From Phaeosaccion multiseriatum (taxonomy: Eukaryota; Protista; Ochrophyta, other classes), in NCBI GenBank assembly GCA_965112735.1, contig OZ218951.1, positions 2,294,001 to 2,358,000 on the forward strand: DNA of 64,000 nucleotides, in the 5' to 3' direction. Numbering within the stretch: the first letter of the stretch is position 1; the number at the start of each line of letters is the position of its first letter. Below the pieces are notes generated by a model, which saw nothing but the letters and a program-made list of their open reading frames with translations, was not told where the DNA came from and did not search any database. A program made the translations under genes and the position numbers. Below, piece after piece: positions 32,473 to 45,675 of the stretch.

Positions 32473-33767
32473 GCGCACGCGCCTTGCCAAACACACTACA
32501 CAAAGACTGTACCCACACCACCCACCCATGTACCCATATACCTGGCGATGGAGATGGCCTGCAGGAGTTCGTGGGGCGAAACGGCCGACTTGAAGTTGTC
32601 CTTACTCCAAATCCTCCGCATAACCTCTCCAAAGGCGTGTACGAGGCGCGAGCTGCACGTAGGAGCATAGTTGGAAGGATCCAAAAAGAAGTCTCGGAGG
32701 GGGGGCACATGGGCAAGAGAGTGCATTACCACGTTAACGTAGTCCGTTGATTTGAGGTTGTTGAGGCCCACAAAGCCCGGCAGGTAGGCCACTCCGTACT
32801 GATTGAGGGGGGGGGGGGGAGGGGAGGGGAGGGGAGGGGAGGGAGGGAGGGAGGGAAGAGGGGCTTAGTGAGGGAATGAGTGAGGGAATGAGTGAGGAAG
32901 GGGAGGAGCGGTGACTGGAGAGGGACTGAGTGAGTGAAATGAGAGTCAACTCAGCCCATGAGTGCAGCACGTGCGTGAGGGGGGGGGGCGAGCGAGCGAG
33001 TTGATTGCGCGCGTGCGTAGAACCAACCCACTCACCTGGTCCCGAGCGAGGGTGGTGTTGTGATCTAATTTGGCAATCTCCTGGGGTCTAAACTTTGGGT
33101 CCAGTGCGAGTTGAATGTCCTGAGGGTACCCCACGTAAGAGTTGAGTGATAACGCGAGGGGGGAAGGAGGGAGGAGGGGAGGTGTTACGAAGCTTCGACC
33201 CACGGAATATAATGGACAGGACAGGACAGCACAGCCAGCGCAAGGAAAGAGCCGTTGAGTGAGAGAACCTCGTCCATTATCCCCATGAGCGTATATTCCC
33301 TTTCTTCCTCCTCTCTCCGTCCTCCTCCTCCTCCTCCTCCTCCTCCTCCTCCTCCTCCTCTCTCTCTCCATCCTCCTGCTCCCCCCTAATCCCCCTCTCC
33401 TCTCTCTGTGTATATCCCCTCCCCCCCCTCCTTTCTCTCTCTCTCTCTCTCTTTCTGCCCTCCCCCCTCCTCTCCTCACCTCCAGGGCGGAGTCCACAAC
33501 CTCATAAGAGTCTGGTAGGCAGTAAATCTTGCAGTTGCCGAGGTTGATGAACACATGGTGACCATGCTGCACGCTGTGTGTGTACGCGTGGGTCTGCCTT
33601 CCTCGGCCCTTACCACACCAACCCATCCACCACAGGGAGAAGGTGAGCGAGGCAGTAACAGGGAGAAGGTGAGTTACGGCGAAAGACGCAGACGTAGTAG
33701 TAGAGTGGATAAGCAGGGAGGGAGGGAGAGAGGAAAGAAGGAAGGAAGGGAGGGAGGGAGGGCAGGC

Positions 33768-33816
<49 letters not shown>

Positions 33817-34633
33817 GGCAGACAGGCCGGCAGACAAGCAGACAGGCCGGCAGATAGGCAAAGGAGTGCTGCAGGGATACGGAAGCAAGCAGCAACTGCT
33901 TCATTCACATCACGCGGACAAGCGGCCAGGCAAGCCGCTTATTGCCAATGAAGCTGGTGGCGAGACGGGGGAGGCGCTCCTCCGTACTTACTTGGAAGAA
34001 CTTGCCACAGACCAAGCAGCAGTACACGTTTTGGTTGCTCAGCGATACACTGCGGCAGGAGGCCGTGTACAAGATGGGGTAGAGGGATGAAGATTTGCAG
34101 CAGCAGCAGCAGCGGCGGCGGCGGCACTGTGAGATGCTTTTGACGGTGAGGGACGCCCGATGGGGAACAAGTCCAAAGGATCCAGTGGAACAACTACTGC
34201 AGGTATAGGAGCTGCGCAGAGATCACCACCACGCCAGTAGGCAAGCAAGGTTGGGATACGCATACTTTGCAGGCCTCTAGTCTTACCTGCAGAGTTTCTC
34301 GAAGTCAAAGTCGAGCAAATGCCGATTGATCGTGTCCAGGTACGGACACTTCTTTCTCACCCCTCCTCCTCCTCCTCCTCCTCCTCCTCCTCCTCCTCCT
34401 CCTCCTCCTCCTCTACCTACTGCTCCTGCTTCTGCTCCTGATCCTACTCCTGCTCCTGATGCCGACTTCCCTGCGGTCGGCTCTTCCTTCTCTTTCTTCA
34501 CCTTCGGTCCTCCGTCCCCGTTGGCAGGTCCTAATCCTGCTGCCTCTGCTGCTGCTGCTGCTGCTTGTGCCGCAGCCTGCGCCGCATCTCCTGCTTCGGA
34601 CTTGCCCACCTCAGAGAAGTCTCTCTTAACCAT
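28419..34633 (-). CDS. USP39: U4/U6.U5 tri-snRNP-associated protein 2 (catalytically inactive USP), multi-exon
   Basis: Motifs CPYLDTINRHLLDFDFEKLC, ZnF-UBP (NVYCCLVCGKFFQGRG..THAYTHS), YLPGFVGLNNLKSTDY (no catalytic Cys), EKNPTIVNFP, YDLLANVCH and SESYIMIYE. Confidence 0.93.
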
Positions 34634-35445
34634 CGCTGCGCGAACGTACCCCACACAACGCTCCCTCGCCCTTCTCTCTCTGATAAAATCCAAATCCACG
34701 ATGGGATCGAGTGTGAGCGCGTGCGCGATGAACAACCACCCTCTCTGATATTTACAGGCCTTCGAGGAGGAGAGGAGGAGATCACCGGGTCCCGCCTATC
34801 TATATACTGCACTGGCCTACTGTGCTGCTACATACAAAGATACGTAGACTTCTTTGAAGGTAAGTGTTGGACAGAGGGGAGGGGAAGGGAGAGGGAGGAA
34901 GGGGGGGTTGTCGTCCGCCTGCTTCTCGTTCCGCTGCCCTGTAGGGGCCAGATTCTTTCTCCTTTGCTCCGATCTATCTCGTAATATACGTGTCTCCCAC
35001 TGTGCTCCCCTCCCTTCTTCTCCCTTCCTTCTTCTCTTCTCAACAGGCTTGAGACGGGCATGGCAACAGCGCCCCGCTGGCGCCCCTTTCCGCCCCACTT
35101 GGCGTAGACAGGCGCAATTCAAGGAGGAGGAGAGAGGATCTGCATCTGATTTTCGGCGCTGTAGAGGAGGCCCTTGATATCACGCCCCTCTGCTTGCTTT
35201 TGGCCCTCACAGAAGACACCTGCAGCTTCGCGGCAGGGCTGGCTCTGTGGCCGCTAACTGAGGGTGTACGGGTCACTTGGAAGACTTCTTCAGTGTGTGG
35301 CTCTCTCGTAGGCATTGATTGAAAAGCACCTCTACCGGAGCAAGTACCAGCAGAAGCACCTGGCAGAAGCAGCAGCGTAAGAAAGAAGGGAACAACATCA
35401 AGAAAAGAGGCAGCAAGTAAAGAAGGAAGAGGAGAGGAAGAGAGG

Positions 35446-35482
<37 letters not shown>

Positions 35483-35544
35483 CACAACACCGCGCGTCTC
35501 ACACCAGCACCGCACCTCGTCGCATCTCATCACACATATCCATC

Positions 35545-37620
35545 ATGTTTGAGAAGACGCTGCAAGACCTGGTCAAAGGCATCCGGGCCCACAAGGCGGA
35601 CCCCTCGCGCTTCATCTCCACCTCCATTGCGGAGATTAAGGAAGAGTTGAGGAGCCAGGACCCCTTTGTCAAATCGCAGGCCCTAAGGAAGCTCACCTAC
35701 CTGCATATGATTGGCTATGACATGAGTTGGGCGGCGTTCAGCGCGGTGGAGGTGTTGACTTCCTCTCGGTTTGCACACAAGAGGATTGGATACCTGGCAG
35801 CCAACCAGGTGAGGGGGGTGGTGGTACAGGGAGGGAGGGAGGGAGGGGGGGGGGGGCACTGCCGTCTTTGTATGTATGAGAACAAAGGGGAGAGAGGGAG
35901 TAGACGTGTGGACGGGTCCAGGGGAAGGAGACGGGAGAGAAGAGAGAGAGAGAGAGGGAGAGACAGAGACAGACAGACAGACAGGCAGATAGACACAGAG
36001 AGATGGACAAACAGGGCTCCCTCTACCCTCCCTCCCTCTCCCTCTCCCCCTCCTTATCTCTCCCCCGTCCCCCCTTCCCACCCACCCCCCTCAGGCTTTT
36101 ACCGACTCCACCGAAGTAGTACTCCTGTGTACTAACCACATCAAAAAAGAGTTCCACTCTTCCTCTCAGTACGACGTCGGCCTGGCCATCAACTGCCTCG
36201 CCAACATTGCCACTCCGGACCTCGCTAGAGACCTGCTGGGGGACCTGTCCGCCCTTCTGAGTCATCAGCACCCGTACGTCAGGAAGAAGGCCATTCTCGC
36301 GCTGTACAAGCTCTTTATCAAGTATCCGAAGGTCAGGAAGAAGAGGGGATGGCAGTGGATGGCAGTGGAGGGGGTGGAGGGGGGGGGGGGTGGGAGTGGG
36401 GATGAGGGTAGTGGAGGTGGGTTGGTTGGGGGTTAGAGTAAAAGGACATAGAGGGGAAGCGTCCGCTCACTCACTCACTCACTCACCCTCCTTCTCCCTC
36501 CAATACCATCCACTGCCATCCCCCCTTCCCCCTTTAGGGCCTCCGTTTGACATTTGACAAGATCAAGGAGCGGCTGGACGACGACGACGTGAGCGTGGTG
36601 AGCTGTGCCGTGAACGTCATTTGTGAGTTGGCGGATAAGAACCCGAACAACTACCTCGCCATGGCGCCCAAGTTCTTCCGTCTACTCACCACCTCGAGCA
36701 ACAACTGGATGCTCATCAAGGTACTGTTGGGTGCTTGGCCCCCACTCACTCACTCACTCACTCACTCACTCACTCACCCACCCACTAACTCACTCACTCA
36801 CTCACTCGCTCAACTCCCTCACCCACTTGGTTACTCACTCCCTTTCTCACGCTCTCAGTTTCCCACTTACTATTCTCTCCCTCCCTCCGCCCCATCTCTC
36901 ACCCACTCACTCCCTCCCTCCCTCCCTCCCTCAGGTGGTGAAGCTCCTGGGGAGTCTGGTGGCCGAGGAGCCCCGACTGGCCCGCAAGTTGCTCGAGCCG
37001 CTGGCCACCATCATCCAAAACACAGGGGCTAAGTCCCTGCTGTACGAATGTATTCACACCATCACACTCGCACTGCCCTTCACCAGAAAGGTGCGCAATC
37101 GTGTCGTCATCGCGGGCGCAGTAACACCGTTCACCCCACCTGTGTCTGTCTGTCTGTGTGTCTGTCTGTGTGTCTGTCTGTGTGTCTGTCTGTGTGTCTG
37201 TCTGTGTGTCAGTCAGTCAGTCTGTCTGTCTGTCCGTCTATCTGTCTGTCAGTCAGTCAGTCTGTCTGTCCGTCTGTCCGTCTGTCTGTCAGTCTGTCTG
37301 TCTGTCTGTGTTGTCTGCCTGTCTGCCTGTCTGTCTGTCTGTCAGTCAGTCCGTCTGTCCGTCTGTCTGTCTGTCTGTCAGTCTGTCTGTCTGTCTGTCT
37401 GTGTTGTCTGCCTGTCGTGCCTGTCTCCCCCCTCTCCATACTCCATTCCACTCTGATCCCTTACTTGTCCCCCCCCCTCTCTCTCCCCCTCTCGGCTGCC
37501 CTCCCCTCCCCTCCCCCTCAGTCGGACGGAACTGAGAGCCGTGCCGTGCCTGCCGTTGTGAAGCTCTGCAGCGGGCACCTCAGGGACTTCGTAGAGGACC
37601 CGGACCAGGCAAGTGTGTGT

Positions 37621-37668
<48 letters not shown>

Positions 37669-38535
37669 ATGTGTGTGTGTGCGTGGGTGTGTGTGGAGGT
37701 GGGTGGGAGGGTGGGTGGATGTGTACATGTATGAGTGCGTGTGTGTGCGTGCGTGCGAGTGTGTTTGCGTACATCCTTCCATGTACCTTACGCTCTCCTT
37801 TGCAGTGTTTCCTATCGCACTTACAAACACATTCGCCTCCCTCCCTGGCCCTCTCCCCACATCATGCCCACTCACTGACATACTCAATCCATCACTGACA
37901 TAACCAACTCAACAGAACTTAAAGTACCTCGGGCTGGTGGGCTTTGTCAACCTCATGCTCAGTCACCCCCGAGCGGTCGCAGAGCACAGGGAGATGATCC
38001 TGGCGTGTCTGAATGACGATGACATCACCATCAGGACAAGGGCGCTCGAGCTGCTCACGGGGATGGTGACCAAGAGGTAAGTGAGTGAGTGAGTGAGTAA
38101 GGGAGGGAGGGGGTGAGGGAGAGTATGTGGGTGAGTGAGTGAGTGAGTGAGTGAATGAGTATGTGGGTGGGTGAGTGATTGAGTGAGTGAGTGATTGAGT
38201 GAGTGAGTGAGTAAGGGAGGGAGGGGGTGAGGGAGAGTATGTGGGTGGGTGAGTGAGTGAGTGAGTGAGTATGTGGGTGCGTGAGTGAGTGAGTGAGTGA
38301 TTGAGTGAGTGAGTAAGGGAGGGAGGGGGTGAGGGAGAGTATGTGGGTGAGTGAGTGAGTGAGTGAGTGAGTGCGAGTGCGTATGTGAGTGAGTGAGGGG
38401 AGTGAGGGGCTTCTGTGCCACAAGACGAGTATTCGTGGAAAGCAGAGCGAGTGGTAAGGGCAGCTGCACCTGCTCTCTAATGCCCACCATTCCCCACTCG
38501 TACGGTCCTTTCACACACACACACACCCCACGCAC

Positions 38536-38590
<55 letters not shown>

Positions 38591-39889
38591 GGTCTCTGGA
38601 AGACCTTGTGCACCGCCTGCTCAAGTGCGTGTCCTGTGCGGAGGGCGAGTATCACGATGAGCTCGTGGGGAAGATTGTGTACATGTGCAGCAGGGACAAG
38701 TACGCCTTCCTCACAGACTTCCACTGGTACATGGGTGAGTGAGTAGAGTAGGAAGTCAGTGGGTGGGTGAGTGAGTGAGTGAGTGAGTGTAAGCGAGAGA
38801 AGAGTTTGCCTTCCTCACAGACTTCCACGGTTGGGTGGGTGAGTGAGTGTGTGTCCTTTTCGACTTCCATTACGTACCTGGGTGAGTGAGTGTGTGTGTG
38901 AGTACGCCTTCCTTTCCTACTTCCCAACACCCTCCCTCCCCCCCTCCCTCCCTCCCCTCCTTTCTTATCCCTCCAGGCGTGCTGGTGGACCTGAGCCGCG
39001 TGCCGGGATGCAAGAAGGGCGCCCTCATTGGTGACCAGCTTATCGACGTGTGCATCCGAGTAGAGTCTGTACGGCAGCGTATGGTGCAGCACATGATCAC
39101 GACGCTTCGGAGTCCCCCCGAGAGCGTGCAGCAGAGCGCACAGCAGTTGGTGATACAGCAGCAAGGGGGCGGCATGGAGGAGGTGGTGGTGGCGGCGGCT
39201 TGGATCGTCGGGGAGTACAGTCCATGTGAGTGAGAGTTGGAATTTGGCGCGCGCGTGTGTTGTGTGTGTGGGGGGGGTGGGGAGGAGGGTGTGTGTGTGC
39301 CTGTGTGGTGTGTGTGTCCGTGTGTGATTGTGTGTGCATGTGTGGGCGTGTATATGCCTGTGTGTCCGTGTGTGTATGTGTGTGGGGCCCTGCGTTTGTG
39401 ATGACGTAGGCTAGTATTGGGGAGGTGGTTTCAAAACTCTTTTTTACGTTTGCGCCTTTTCTTTGGCTGTGTTTCACTCCAGTTGGGTGCCTCTTTCCTC
39501 CTTCTCTCGATGAGGAAGCTCCCTCTCCAAGTCATTTCAGTCTCACGAACCCCTTCTTCTCGTCGCTCTCGCACGTCTCTGCTTTTTTTGCCCTTTCTTT
39601 CCCACCAGGCATTGCCAAAATAGCCAAGAAAGAGAGCGATGCGAGCAGAGGCGGAGGAGAAGGAGGAGGAGGGGAGGGCGTGAGTGGGGTGGGGCTTTGG
39701 TATGACATGGTGGACGTCATGACGCACCCACGAGTCACGCTCATGTCTGTGCGCGGCCAAAGCGTGCTCTTGCACAATGCCTTTAAGGTGTTTGCGTCTG
39801 CCTGCAGCGATTGCCCTGAGGTAAGTGAGGAGGGTGGAGAGAGGAGTGAGAAGGGAGTGTGTAAGAGAGAGGGGGGTGAGAAAAGAGTG

Positions 39890-39923
<34 letters not shown>

Positions 39924-42423
39924 CAGGATTCTCTCCAATGGGTACATAAGATACTCAACCCTTTGTGTCGTTTCGCCCGCCTGGTGCGAGAAAGCAAACC
40001 TCGCATGTGTGTAAAAGTGATGGGGAAAAGCGCATTCAATTGATTCTGTCTTTAGTCAAATCACGCATTGCTACTTTTTGGTCCACTTCTCTTTTGTTCT
40101 TCTCACCCGCCTCATGTGGTGACTTGTGTGCGTGTGTGTCCTTTGTGTGCTGGGGCGGTATGTTGGTCTGTGTGCTCCCTCGGCATGTAATCATGGTCCA
40201 CATGTGCTCGTCATTGACTCACAGGACGCGCAACTGGAGCGGATAGTGACGCTGCTGCGCTCGCGTCTCGTCATCTTTTGCCACAGCCTGCACGTGGAGG
40301 TGCAGGAGAGGGCGTCGAGTTGCATGAAGCTGTTGGAGGCCCTGTCCGTCTTACGGCCTGTGGCAAGCACTGCGAATGAGACGCCTCCCTCGCTAATAGA
40401 AGGTGGTGGAGGAGGAGACGGGGGTGATGGTGAGGGGAAAGGGAGCAAGGTAGTGGGAAGCAATGGAGGAGGCAACGCTGAAAGAGGAGGAGGGGGCAGG
40501 GTGGAGGGCAAGCAACCGCGGCCAGCGGTGGATCTGCTGGGGGTGATGGATGGAGACGGTCACAACAAAGGCCAGGGTCAGAACGACGACGCCTTTTCCG
40601 GCCTGTTGCTTGGGGGAGTGGGTATGGGAACAGCAGCAGCAGCAGGTGGAGGTATTCTGCTGCCAACTGTTGGCGCTGACATGCTGAGTCCCGTCGCGGC
40701 TGCGAGAGCCAGCGCCGCCCAGCTCCAAGTTTTGCGAGCTGAAGCTCTGAGACCTGTGAACCCAAAGGCGCAGGGGAAAGTTCCCGTCCCGGAGGGGTGT
40801 GATTTGGGCACTGTGCTCAATGCTTCTGCCCTTGACGCGTTTATGAAGGAGGTGGAGGAGGAGCAGAGCGAGACTGTTGTGGAGATGGGCCACGTTAGCT
40901 TCACGGAGAGAGGAACGAATCAGCAGCACAGGGAGTACCAGCAAGGGGGTGGTGGTTATGGTGATGATGGTGATGACGATGACGATGATGATGATAGTGG
41001 CACGGATATGTCGGATGATTACGGAGGGGAAGACACTACCACCAGCAGCCGCCGCAGCCGGAGGAGAAAGGGCAGTCGTCGTAGTGGTAAGACGCACCGG
41101 AACGGAGGAGGAGGAGGAGGAGGAGGAGGAGGAGGAGGAGGAGGAGGAGGGCACTCTCGCTTGGTGGACGCTGGTGGAGTGGTGGGGAGCAGTGGAGGGG
41201 AGTACAGCGCGAGTCCTGACTATAGGCAACCCGGGGGTGGAGGACAGGGGCATGACGCCTTTTACTTGGGCAAGGGGGCGCCGAGCACGGGGGGGGGGAG
41301 GAGTCAAGTGAGCCCGGAGGATGTGGACGTGGACAGCATCCCGGTACGGAAACTCAAGAAGAGCGAGTTGGAGGAGGATGATGATGAATACGCAGGGGCA
41401 CTCGCGCGGCGGCGGAAGAAGGGCAGCGCTGGGGGTGGTGGGGGTGAGAGGCTGCTTCAATCGTCGTCCAAAGAGGATGGTGGTAAGAAGAGGAAGAAGG
41501 ACAGGAAACGGGACAAGGAAGGGAGGAGGAGGAGACGGGGCTCAGACGCGGCGGCTGAGGCGGAGTACGGGGCCAGGGTAGCCCACGACGAGCTCATGCC
41601 AGCGGGCGCCACCCTCAGCAGCGACGAGGAGGACAACGATGATGCTTACGCCGGGGCTACGGCAGCGGTGCGAGGAGGAGGAGGTAGAGGAGGGGGAGGA
41701 GGGGGAGCCAGGGGCGGTGGTCAAAATAGACATGGGGAGGAGGGCCTCGCCTCGATAGACATTACCACCCCACTAGAGGAGAATGAGGTGATACCCGAGC
41801 AGCGGCACAGAGAGGTCGCACCGTTTGTTGCAGACGACGCTCCAGGGTCCCAAGGAGGACGAGGACGAGGAGGAGGAGAGGAGGAGGAGGGGGCGGGGGG
41901 CGAGCGCAGCAGCAGCAAGAAGAAGAAGAGAAAGAAGGACAAGAAGGAGGCCAAGCCAAGGAAGGGAAAGAGATCTTCGCCGGGCAGGGGAGGAGGAGGA
42001 GGGGTGGTGGCGGTGCAGGATTTGCTCGACTTTGGCGGCATGAGTGTGAGTATGAGTCCGAAGAGCCAAGAACCGCAACCGCAACATCAGCAGCGGCGGC
42101 AGCGTGATGGTGGACCGGCTGCAGCATCGTCCGCTATGCTACCGCCACAAGCGAGTGCCATTGATTGGGGCTCTGACTTGGGTCCGATGCTGGGATCTAC
42201 CGCTCCTCCCGGTGTGGCTTCGATGATGTCAATGCTGCCCGGGCTGGAGGGAGAGAGCGGTGGGAGGAGCCAAGGGAGTAGCAACAACAAGGAGGAGGGA
42301 AAGAAGAAGAAGACGAAGAAGAAGAGCGCAGACAGGGAGAGGAGCAGCAGTAGCAGCAAGAAGAAGAGCAAGAGCAAGAGCAGCAGGCGGGAGGAGGGAG
42401 GCGGGGAGGGCAAGTTCTTTTGA
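35545..42423 (+). CDS. AP3D1: AP-3 complex subunit delta, multi-exon
   Basis: Motifs [70 protein letters not shown] and [17 protein letters not shown]. Confidence 0.93.
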
Positions 42424-42439
42424 TTGAAAAAAACTAACA

Positions 42440-42881
42440 TTCGTGTTGCTTTCGGGGAAAGAGAGGCAGGCACCAAGGGCGAGGGGGGGGGGGGGGGGGT
42501 TGATGAGTACGCGCAAGTAGCAGAGGAGGGGGGTGCCGCCTACCTACTTACCATCTGCGCATTAGCCCGGCAGCGGGTTTCCCCTGGCGTTGGCGCCTCC
42601 TTGGGAAGATTGGGTTTGTTTTGATTGGTCGACCGAGGTGAAGTACTCCTTTCTTTATACACTCCTTCAATAGGAGTACTTCACCTCGGTCGACCAATCA
42701 AAACAAACCCAATCTTCCCAAGGAGGCGCCAACGCCAGGGAAAACCCGCTGCCGGGCTAATGCGCAGATGGTAAGTAGGTAGGCGGCACCCCCCTCCTCT
42801 GCTACTTGCGCGTACTCATCAACTCCCCCCCCCCCCCCTCGCCCTTGGTGCCTGCCTCTCTTTCCCCGAAAACAACACGAA
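42440..42881. repeat. Near-perfect inverted repeat (about 210-bp arms, 21-nt loop); hairpin RNA or foldback/MITE-like
   Basis: 42440-42650 is the reverse complement of 42672-42881, with about 3 substitutions and a 1-nt G-run length difference. Confidence 0.92.
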
Positions 42882-43030
42882 ATCCCCCGATTGGTCCCGA
42901 AAAACTATCAAAAACTCGCTCCAAATTCCAAATCCACCGGTTTGGATTTGCGCATCCACCGCAATCGAATCCCCACACGAAGGAGCGTCACCTCTGAGCC
43001 TCCTGATGGCACTTTAAGGGTGTAATATAG

Positions 43031-43325
43031 TCATCCCTCCTGCTCGTCACAAGCACGCTGTGCTGTGGAAGAGCGTCGAGGCGGCCAACAGTAAATCAAT
43101 TCCTCGCAGTCGCAGGGGTGGCCATTGGCGTGCACCCATTGCTTGATCTCCTCAAACCTATCATCCCTCCCTCCGTCCCACCTACCCAGGCGCATTAGCA
43201 CCTCAGGGCATGCACCCCCATCCCATGGACACATGACGCTCTCTCGGATCGCAGCCACTGCAGCACTTCCAGGCTTTGGGCTTTATTGACGGCACAGAAA
43301 CAAGCCATGCTGCCCCAATCGCACA
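43031..43325 (-). pseudogene. Fragment of a CPWD-type ankyrin-like repeat gene
   Basis: Reads CDWGSMACFCAVNKAQSLEVLQWLRSERAS, then a frameshift to CPWDGGAC...EIKQWVHANGHPC. Confidence 0.6.
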
Positions 43326-43598
43326 GGCCAAGAGCGTGTGGTGATGGCCAAGTGATGGCCCAGTGATGGCCCAGTTATTGAGGCACTCCACAGAACCGAT
43401 CGTTAACGCGCGCCTCCTCCTTGCCCCGCAACTGTCACAACTGCCTCGCCACCTCACCTCCAGCTCCTCCTTACCCGACCGCGGAGCCCTCGCTCCAATT
43501 CGGCCCCACAGCTTGCTTCGTCTCCAGAGAGATCCCAGAGAGGGAAGAGAGAGAGGGGAGGGAGGGGGAGAGAGACCGCGGGAGAAGTGCTCTATCAT

Positions 43599-45268
43599 TC
43601 AACAAGTGCCGCGCTGGGTGTGTGCTCCCCTCCCTTCAACGACCAAAGAGGCCACGTCAGCGCCAATACGGGCCTTGATGGCTGCGTACCACTCCATCAC
43701 CTCCCTCTGCAGCGAGTCGAGGAGAGTCGGGCTGGACGACATGGCGGCAAGGAAGGCCGGGAGGTCCTCCCATGAGTCGAGCACAGGCAGCGGGCACGGC
43801 AAGGGATTGGCGACAGGGGCGGCGGTGGAAGAGGAGGGCGGTGGAGAGCGAGAGAAAGAGGCCAGAGCAGTGAAGAAATCGCGGTCTTGGGGAGGTCGGA
43901 CAGAGACAGGAATGGCTCCCAGCTCCAGAGCCTGAGACAGACAGACGAACGTGTATGTGGGGAGAGGGTTTGGGGGGTGAAATACGACCCCCAAGTTGAG
44001 AAAGAGAGAAAGGGTGGTGAAGGAGGAGGAGCAGGAGGGCGAGGGGGCCACATTTGGAGTCTGTACAGCAGCAGGGGGGGAGGGAAGACAGCGCGAGCCC
44101 AGCGACGAGTACAGCACGAGCAGACAACGCCAAAGACTCTCTTCAGACGCACCTCCCAGAATCGAAAAGTTTCCGGGTTGTTTCCTGCCGGTGCCAAGGC
44201 AAATACCGTCTCCAGCATGGCTGCCATGTAGGGCTGCCTCTCCTGCCCTCCCCGGGGGGGCGTCTCCACATAACGGCACGGCAGGTTGTTGCGGCGAATC
44301 ACTTCCGCAAGGTGCCATCTGTCCGCCCTCGTCTGCCCGGCAAAGTAGCACAGGAGGCGGCGGGAGGATGAAGCTCGCTTGGCGCTTTGCTGCATGTCTG
44401 CCGTGCGGTACAGGGACATGTACGAGGGGCCCAGAGGCAGATAGTAGACCAGCGGGGGGGGGGGAGGGACTGCGGAACAAGAAGAAGAAGAAGAAGAGAG
44501 CTGGAGATGTGCAGCATTGCGCTTGCTGCCATCCGCATCCTTCCCCCCCTCCTCCTCATCGTCTTGGCCCTTCCCACCCGGGCCATTGAGCTCATCCTGA
44601 ATATAAGTGTAAAAGTAGTTCCGAATGACGTAGCTCCACCTATCGTCGCTGTAGACGGCCCGAAGGTCGGGCAAAGGGTGGAAATTTAACGCATCGTCGG
44701 GTCCTGCCCACGGCTGCTCATGATTGAGGTGTAGTAGCCCTACGTTCAGTCCCTCACGCAGTCCTGTGAAAGAGTACGTGGACAGACAGGGGGAAGGGAA
44801 ATCACTCACAACGCATCATCATTTGCACCCCGCGCCTGGCCTTCCAAAGAACAAAGGGGGCATTCATTCTTCGTTCAGCGCCACTTTCCAGAGTGTCTCA
44901 ACCCCCTTCATATCCTCACCTGCAGCAAAGGCGGAGATGTTGAGCTTGGGAAGGTTGTTGTGTTCGTTGACAAGCACAAGCGAGTTGTTGCGAACCTCCG
45001 TAGAGGCGACTTGCTGGCAGGACGCCACACTGCAGCATCGATGCAGAACAACATTCGCGGTGGGAAGACCCAATCTACTTGTCTCCTCACTCTTCATTCC
45101 CACGGAGCCACTGGAACGAACTACACAGGCCAGAACGACGAGAATGATCCAGTCTATGTAAAGCTCCCACTGGTAGTCGCGTTTCGAAGTGCAGCTCAAC
45201 AGGTGGATGGAAAAGGAGGGAGAGTCGTCCTTCTCCTCTTGCCCCTCCATCGTCTGTGGCAGCAGCAC
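43599..45268 (-). CDS. Exostosin/GT47-like (RXYLT1/TMEM5-like) glycosyltransferase; 5' end uncertain
   Basis: Motifs GLLHLNHE, YVIRNY, YLPLGP, LLCYFAG and YMAAMLETVFALAPAGNNPETFRFWE|ALELGAIPV, with two inferred GT-AG introns. Confidence 0.72.
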
Positions 45269-45675
45269 GAGAAGGCTTGTGCTGCTTATCGCAAGGTAGC
45301 CGAGACTCGCCCATTACCCCCGGTTTGTCTCTCTCGCTCCCCCAAAGATGATCTCACTGTTTCGTATGTGAGAGGGAGGGGGAGGAGAGAGAAGAGAGGA
45401 GGGAGAGAGAGGGGGGGGGGAGAGAGGAGAGGAGAGAAAGGATTATCGAGAAAGAGGGGAAAGAAGGTGAGTAAGTCAAGGGCCCTGCCCTAAGCGTCTA
45501 GGACTCTTCCTCTCCCCCCCCCCCCTCTTATAGCAAGGCCCGCGTTACCGTGTGCAACACAAAGCATGTCATCTCCGACGAGGCCAGTATAAGGATCCGG
45601 GGCTAGAGCAGGAGCAGCGTGGCGGGGAAGCCCCAGTAGACCGCGCCAGGGAAGGAAGATCCAGTGGCCAAAAGG

